Positions 36,304-41,088 of a stretch of 41,088 nt of DNA are shown here, in pieces (position 1 is the stretch's first letter; every line of letters begins with the position of its first letter). Origin of the DNA: Mahellales bacterium (GTDB lineage Bacteria; Bacillota; Clostridia; DUOD01); contig JBMNSO010000001.1 in assembly GCA_050945235.1 (NCBI GenBank), positions 1 through 41,088 on the forward strand, written 5' to 3'. Under the pieces are notes generated by a model, which worked only from the letters and a program-made list of their open reading frames with translations, was not told the origin of the DNA and ran no database searches. The translations under genes and the position numbers were made by a program.

Positions 36304-38058
36304 ATGCGAAAAACAAAAATTGTCAGTACCATTGGACCGTCAACAAGTAGCGAAAAGGTGTTGACCGATTTGGTATCCTATGGAACCAATGTAGTAAGGC
36401 TGAACTTTTCCCATGGTAATTATCAAGAATATGTGAAAATAATAAACATGATAAAAAAGGTCAGAGAGAAATTAAATGCTCCTCTGGCCATATTGTTGGA
36501 TACCGGTGGACCTGAAATTAGAACCGGTATGGTGGAAAACCACAGGGTGGATCTGGTAAGCGGACAGGAGTTTGTATTGACAGCCGATGATATAACCGGT
36601 AATGACAAAAAAGTAAGTATAACATATAAACGTCTGGCCCAAGATATTCAAAGAGGGTGTAAGATTTTACTGGACGATGGCTTAATCCAGCTTGAGGTTA
36701 AGGACCTAGATGACAGGAATATAATTTGCACCGTTATCAACGGCGGGATATTAGGTAATAAAAAAGGGATTAACATTCCCGGTGTAAATTTAAATTTGCC
36801 TTCCCTGACGGACAAGGATGTAGAGGACATAAAGTTCGGCATAAAAAACGGTATAGATTTTGTTGCAGCATCCTTTGTCAGACGGCCCTCCGATGTCTTG
36901 GAAATAAGGAAGATACTTGAAGAAAACAATGGGCAATATATAGATATAATCTCAAAGATCGAGAATCAGGAGGGGGTAGACAATATTGACGACATCATAG
37001 CGGTGTCGGATGGAATAATGATAGCCCGGGGCGATCTGGGGGTGGAAATACCTATAGAAGAGGTGCCGATAGTGCAAAAGAGAATTATCCGTAAGTGTAA
37101 TGCAGCAGGCAAACCGGTAATAACGGCTACACAAATGCTGGATTCCATGATACGCAACCCCAGGCCTACCAGGGCGGAGACCAGCGATGTTGCCAACGCC
37201 ATATATGACGGTACCGATGCCATAATGCTTTCGGGGGAGACCGCCATTGGCAAGTATCCCATAGAAACCATAAAGACCATGTCCAGGATTGCCAGCAGGG
37301 TGGAAAACAGTATCAACTATGGTAGGGACTCCCATGGTATGGACCTATCGGTGAAGCCGACGGTAACCAATGCCATTTGCCATTCCACCTGTACCACCGC
37401 CCATGACCTGGGCGCTTCTGCCATAATTACGGCTACAAAGTCAGGGTATACTGCCCGGATGGTTTCCAAGCACCGGCCCAAAGCACCTATTATAGCAACC
37501 ACTATCAACACCCATACGTATTATAAGCTGTCCATGGTATGGGGAGTTCAACCCTTTCTGGTGCCCACCATGGACAATACCGATGATATGATAGAGCAAT
37601 CCGTTGATATAGCCGTAAATACAAGTATGGTCAAAAACGGTGATCTGGTAGTCATTACGGCCGGTGTGCCCTCGGCAATGAGTGGTACCACGAACCTCAT
37701 TAAGGTACACATAGTAGGGGATATACTCCTTAAGGGAACAGGTATAGGTAACAAGACGGCCTATGGTAGGGTATGCATTGTCAAGAACTCTATGCAGGCC
37801 CGGGAGAAGTTCCGGGAGGGGGATATAATAGTTGCGACCAATACCAATAATGCTATGATGCCCTATATAAAAAAGGCTGCCGCATTAATAGTGGAAGAGC
37901 CGGGTGTTACATCCCATGCAGCTGTGGTAGGCATTGCCCTGGAAATACCGGTTATCGTAGGTGCCCAGGAGGCTACGGAAACGTTATATGATGGAAGTAT
38001 AGTAACGGTAGATCCATTAAGGGGTTTTATCTTTAACGGGAAGGCTGAGATTCTGTAA
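36304..38058 (+). CDS. pyk: Pyruvate kinase with C-terminal PEP-utilizer mobile (swivel) domain
   Basis: KIVSTIGP, NFSHG, MIARGDLGVEIP and MLSGETA. An extra roughly 100 aa C-terminal domain carries TSHAAVVGIALEIPVIVG, as in Bacillus/Geobacillus enzymes. Confidence 0.95.
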   Translation: MRKTKIVSTIGPSTSSEKVLTDLVSYGTNVVRLNFSHGNYQEYVKIINMIKKVREKLNAPLAILLDTGGPEIRTGMVENHRVDLVSGQEFVLTADDITGNDKKVSITYKRLAQDIQRGCKILLDDGLIQLEVKDLDDRNIICTVINGGILGNKKGINIPGVNLNLPSLTDKDVEDIKFGIKNGIDFVAASFVRRPSDVLEIRKILEENNGQYIDIISKIENQEGVDNIDDIIAVSDGIMIARGDLGVEIPIEEVPIVQKRIIRKCNAAGKPVITATQMLDSMIRNPRPTRAETSDVANAIYDGTDAIMLSGETAIGKYPIETIKTMSRIASRVENSINYGRDSHGMDLSVKPTVTNAICHSTCTTAHDLGASAIITATKSGYTARMVSKHRPKAPIIATTINTHTYYKLSMVWGVQPFLVPTMDNTDDMIEQSVDIAVNTSMVKNGDLVVITAGVPSAMSGTTNLIKVHIVGDILLKGTGIGNKTAYGRVCIVKNSMQAREKFREGDIIVATNTNNAMMPYIKKAAALIVEEPGVTSHAAVVGIALEIPVIVGAQEATETLYDGSIVTVDPLRGFIFNGKAEIL

Positions 38059-38088
38059 AGACTTGTATAGTAAATGCGGAGGGGAAAT

Positions 38089-38502
38089 ATGAAAGTTACA
38101 AGAACCAGAATTACCGTTAGATATAAGGAAACGGACCAGATGGGTATAGCACACCATTCCAATTATTATCCATGGTTTGAGGTGGCCCGTACACAGTTTT
38201 TTAAGGAACTGGGGTTTTCATATCGGGACATAGAGCAGGAGGGTATACTATTGCCACTAATTGAGACGGGATGTCATTATAAAGCGCCGGCAAGATATGA
38301 CGACAGTTTGATAATTGAAACTACCATTAAAGAGTTCAAGGGGTTAAGACTGACCTTTGGCTACAAGGTGCTTAATGAAGCTACCAACCAGCTACTGGCT
38401 GAGGGTAAAACGGTTCATGTGTTTACCAACGCGCGGATGAAGCCGATTAACATTAAAAAGGACAATAAAGAGGTGTACGAGGCTTTGATGGCTGTTATTT
38501 AA
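38089..38502 (+). CDS. 4HBT/YbgC-type acyl-CoA thioesterase (hotdog fold)
   Basis: VRYKETDQMGIAHHSNYYPWFE is typical of the YbgC/4HBT active-site region. About 137 aa. The ATG at 38089 follows GGAGGGG. Confidence 0.8.
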   Translation: MKVTRTRITVRYKETDQMGIAHHSNYYPWFEVARTQFFKELGFSYRDIEQEGILLPLIETGCHYKAPARYDDSLIIETTIKEFKGLRLTFGYKVLNEATNQLLAEGKTVHVFTNARMKPINIKKDNKEVYEALMAVI

Positions 38503-38526
38503 AATGTGTCTGCGGGAGGTATATTA

Positions 38527-38922
38527 TTGCTCAAAAGATTGATACTTTTGTTTATTGTGGTTCCCGTTGTAGAACTGTTGATACTTATCAAGCTGGGACA
38601 ATATATAGGTCTGGGATATACCTTGTTGATTTTGTTAGCTACAGGTGTTGTCGGAATTATGTTGGCAAAATCCCAGGGTATTGCCATCCTGAACAATATA
38701 AAAAGGGACATTAGGGAAGGTATTATGCCCGGTGCCAATTTGGTCAACGGATTGTGTGTATTGATCGGAGGCATTTTACTGGTAGTGCCGGGCATAGTTA
38801 CCGATATTATAGGTTTACTGTTAATACTGCCGGGTACAAGAGATATTGTCCGAAGGTACCTTATAAAAAGGATCCGGCGCATGATAGAGACCGGATCCAC
38901 AACATTTTTTATTTGGAGATAA
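38527..38922 (+). CDS. fxsA: FxsA-family membrane protein
   Basis: LLFIVVPVVELLILIKLGQYIG ... VVPGIVTDIIGLLLILPGTR, with a basic C-terminal tail. I chose the TTG at 38527, 7 nt after GGGAGG. Confidence 0.75.
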   Translation: MLKRLILLFIVVPVVELLILIKLGQYIGLGYTLLILLATGVVGIMLAKSQGIAILNNIKRDIREGIMPGANLVNGLCVLIGGILLVVPGIVTDIIGLLLILPGTRDIVRRYLIKRIRRMIETGSTTFFIWR

Positions 38923-39607
38923 CATATTCTGATGACCTATTGGGGCAGTCCTTTATGGTGCAGTGCTGGCAATTATGGTTGTCCTTGGATATGCCTATGC
39001 CTTTTCCCAGTCCGAAGAGCCCCGAAGCCGACTTGATAGGCATTATCAAGCAGGAGTCCGTTAGGCTAAGTCCAATCTTGCTGCCGTCTAAAATCTTAAA
39101 CACCGCCCTTTGTTGGTCAACGCCGAAATCCAAGTGACCCGGGTTAATAAATCCGGTTATGCCTAAGCCTTCCGCCTGAATATCCTCCACCAATTGGTTC
39201 CAGTACTGCATGATGATATTTTCTATGGCGCGGTCGGCCAACCCATCCAATACCATTGCCTTAAGGTAGTCATTTTCTTTGAAGGCTTCGTCGATTTCCT
39301 TTGAAATGGTCGGTCCTACCGTTGCCAGAAATATTACTATTTGGGTACAGTTTTTAAGGTGTTTTGTAATAAACTCTCCGTTAAAATATATATCACCTTC
39401 TATTAATATCCGGTTTTTATCCACCTGAACTTCTATATCACATCTCTTAACCGCAAGTTTAGGCTCAATGAGCTTTAGACCGTACGAAATCAGTTGTTCT
39501 ATGGATTCCTTTACGGCAGGTGCAATTGCTGATATATCCTTATATCCAATTTGTTTATAAAGCCCTTCTTTGTCTATAGAAACCTGCATATTGGTTAGAA
39601 TATTCAT
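38909..39607 (-). CDS. Stand-alone methionine synthase activation-domain-like protein (Met_synt_B12-like)
   Basis: NPGHLDFGVDQQRAVFKILD...GLSLTDSCLIMPIKSASGLFGL resembles the MetH reactivation-domain core. The C-terminal Cys cluster is CQHCTIKDC. I chose the second ATG (39607), 7 nt after GGAGG. Confidence 0.65.
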   Translation of the reverse strand: MNILTNMQVSIDKEGLYKQIGYKDISAIAPAVKESIEQLISYGLKLIEPKLAVKRCDIEVQVDKNRILIEGDIYFNGEFITKHLKNCTQIVIFLATVGPTISKEIDEAFKENDYLKAMVLDGLADRAIENIIMQYWNQLVEDIQAEGLGITGFINPGHLDFGVDQQRAVFKILDGSKIGLSLTDSCLIMPIKSASGLFGLGKGIGISKDNHNCQHCTIKDCPNRSSEYVISK

Positions 39608-39782
39608 GGGCATACCTCCATAATAAGATTATGCTATTATTATATAGTTGTTAGAGAACTTTATAAAGGTAAATCTTTGTTAAGGAAACGGGGTTTTTGT
39701 TAAATTGTAATAAGACTGGTATTCTGATATTATATCCATATCACATGGACAGCATATTTATCGAAAAGAGGATTGGAAGTTT

Positions 39783-41088
39783 ATGAAGGATATACCGCCG
39801 GTAGAAAAGAACAAGGATTATGAAGTTTATATAGAAAGATTGGGAGTTAACGGCGAAGGCGTAGGCCGGATTAACAATTATACCGTCTTTGTAGAAGGCG
39901 CCCTGCCCGGTGAATGGGTGAAGATAAAGATGGTTAAGGTAAAAAAGAGCTATGGTTACGGAAAGCTGCTGGAGGTACTGCAACCCTCCAGGGACAGGAT
40001 AGACAGCAGGTGCCCAGTTTTTAAGAGATGCGGTGGGTGTTCGCTGCAGCATTATGATTATGAAGCCCAGCTTGTCTACAAACAAAATATGGTTAAGGAT
40101 ATACTCGAAAGGATAGGAGGACTTAAAGATATAAGGGTGCTTCCCACCCTCGGGATGGCCCATCCCTGGCAATATAGAAACAAAGCCCAGTTTCCTGTGG
40201 GTGAGAAGGACGGTAATATCGTTATAGGTTTCTATGCCGCTCGGAGCCATGATATCATTGACAATCCCTGCTGCGTTATACAGCATGGGATAAATGAGGC
40301 TGTTATACCTGTGGTAAAGGAGTATATGGACGCCTATGACGTCAGACCCTATGACGAGGTGACCGGCCAGGGTGTGGTCCGACATGTGATGACAAGGTGC
40401 AGTTTTGCATTGGAGGAAGCCATGGTGGTACTGGTAACCACCAAATCGGAACTACCCCATAAAGAACAGTTAATAGGTATGTTGAGGAAGGCGGTACCTT
40501 TCCTTAAGGGAATAGTACAAAACATTAACAATAGAAGGACCAACGTGATACTGGGTGAAAGGTCCAGGGTGCTATACGGCAGGGGGTATATATACGATAG
40601 TATAGGACCTTTTAAGTTTAAAATATCACCCTTGTCCTTTTTTCAGGTAAATCCCCAGCAGACCAAGGTACTGTACGACAAGGCATTGGAGTATGCCAAC
40701 CTAACCGGACATGAGACGGTGATAGACGCCTATTGTGGTATAGGTACCATCTCATTGTTCATTGCTCAAAGGGCCTTGAAGGTTTACGGCCTGGAGATAG
40801 TAAAACAGGCGGTGGAGGATGCCCGGGAAAATGCCAGGATAAATAATGTGGACAATGTCTCCTATCTGACCGGCAAGGCAGAGGATCTGATGGCCGACCT
40901 TAAAGCTCAAGGGATAAAGGCGGATGTTGTGGTCCTGGACCCGCCGCGAAAGGGTTGTGACGCAAAGCTGTTGGAGGCTATGGTGGACATCAGACCCAAA
41001 AGGGTGGTGTACGTATCCTGCAACCCGGCAACCCTGGCTCGGGATCTGAAGCATCTTACCGAAGCCGGCTTTAAAGCTGAGGAGGTAC
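39783..41088 (+). CDS. rlmD: 23S rRNA (uracil-5-)-methyltransferase, RumA/RlmD (RlmCD) family, 3' end off window
   Basis: I translated the + strand from the ATG at 39783. It gives a TRAM domain (GEGVGRINNYTVFVEGALPGEWVKIKMVKVKKSYGYGK), an Fe-S Cys motif CPVFKRCGGCSLQH, the SAM site IDAYCGIGT, DPPRKG and VSCNPATLARD. It is not in the ORF track because no stop falls within the window. The 214-aa reverse ORF 39741-40385 is its antisense shadow. Confidence 0.9.
   Translation, partial: MKDIPPVEKNKDYEVYIERLGVNGEGVGRINNYTVFVEGALPGEWVKIKMVKVKKSYGYGKLLEVLQPSRDRIDSRCPVFKRCGGCSLQHYDYEAQLVYKQNMVKDILERIGGLKDIRVLPTLGMAHPWQYRNKAQFPVGEKDGNIVIGFYAARSHDIIDNPCCVIQHGINEAVIPVVKEYMDAYDVRPYDEVTGQGVVRHVMTRCSFALEEAMVVLVTTKSELPHKEQLIGMLRKAVPFLKGIVQNINNRRTNVILGERSRVLYGRGYIYDSIGPFKFKISPLSFFQVNPQQTKVLYDKALEYANLTGHETVIDAYCGIGTISLFIAQRALKVYGLEIVKQAVEDARENARINNVDNVSYLTGKAEDLMADLKAQGIKADVVVLDPPRKGCDAKLLEAMVDIRPKRVVYVSCNPATLARDLKHLTEAGFKAEEV

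Noticed and set aside
39741-40385. 214-aa reverse-strand ORF in the supplied track
   Set aside because: It lies fully antisense to a + strand frame that encodes an unmistakable RumA/RlmD methyltransferase (TRAM domain, Cys cluster, SAM motifs). It has no SD and low-complexity composition, so it is a shadow ORF.

Overview
The window looks like a core-chromosome segment of a low-GC Gram-positive anaerobe (Bacillota, Clostridia-like; roughly 40% GC by eye, GGAGG-type ribosome-binding sites, frequent TTG/GTG starts). I support 38 protein-coding genes, 33 on the + strand, with both window edges cutting genes (putP at the left, an RlmD/RumA-type methyltransferase at the right). I found no rRNA, tRNA, CRISPR array, transposase, integrase or phage genes. 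Much of the content is housekeeping with Firmicute-typical synteny: tcdA, htpG, uvrC, hprK, murB, rapZ-whiA-ptsH, ytoI-like, dnaE, pfkA-pyk. No defence island or mobile element is present, and I cannot point to a clear-cut new system. The least-explained modules are these: (1) a self-contained operon of a PAP2-like membrane phosphatase and a ceramide-glucosyltransferase-like GT2, near an orphan B12-binding radical SAM enzyme and an Ldh2-family dehydrogenase with a structured leader. (2) A rhamnulokinase translationally coupled to a sensory-rhodopsin-transducer (ASRT) homolog, with no other rhamnose genes nearby. (3) A membrane-anchored YerD-like FMN oxidoreductase divergent from a zinc-ribbon/DUF1638 pair. 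(4) An FHA-domain protein fused into an operon with a SEDS (RodA/FtsW) and class B PBP pair. (5) A rapZ-whiA junction lacking the usual yvcK, inside a long hprK...ptsH block that carries two PHP phosphoesterase paralogs. All family assignments come from motif recognition by eye; no database search was run.
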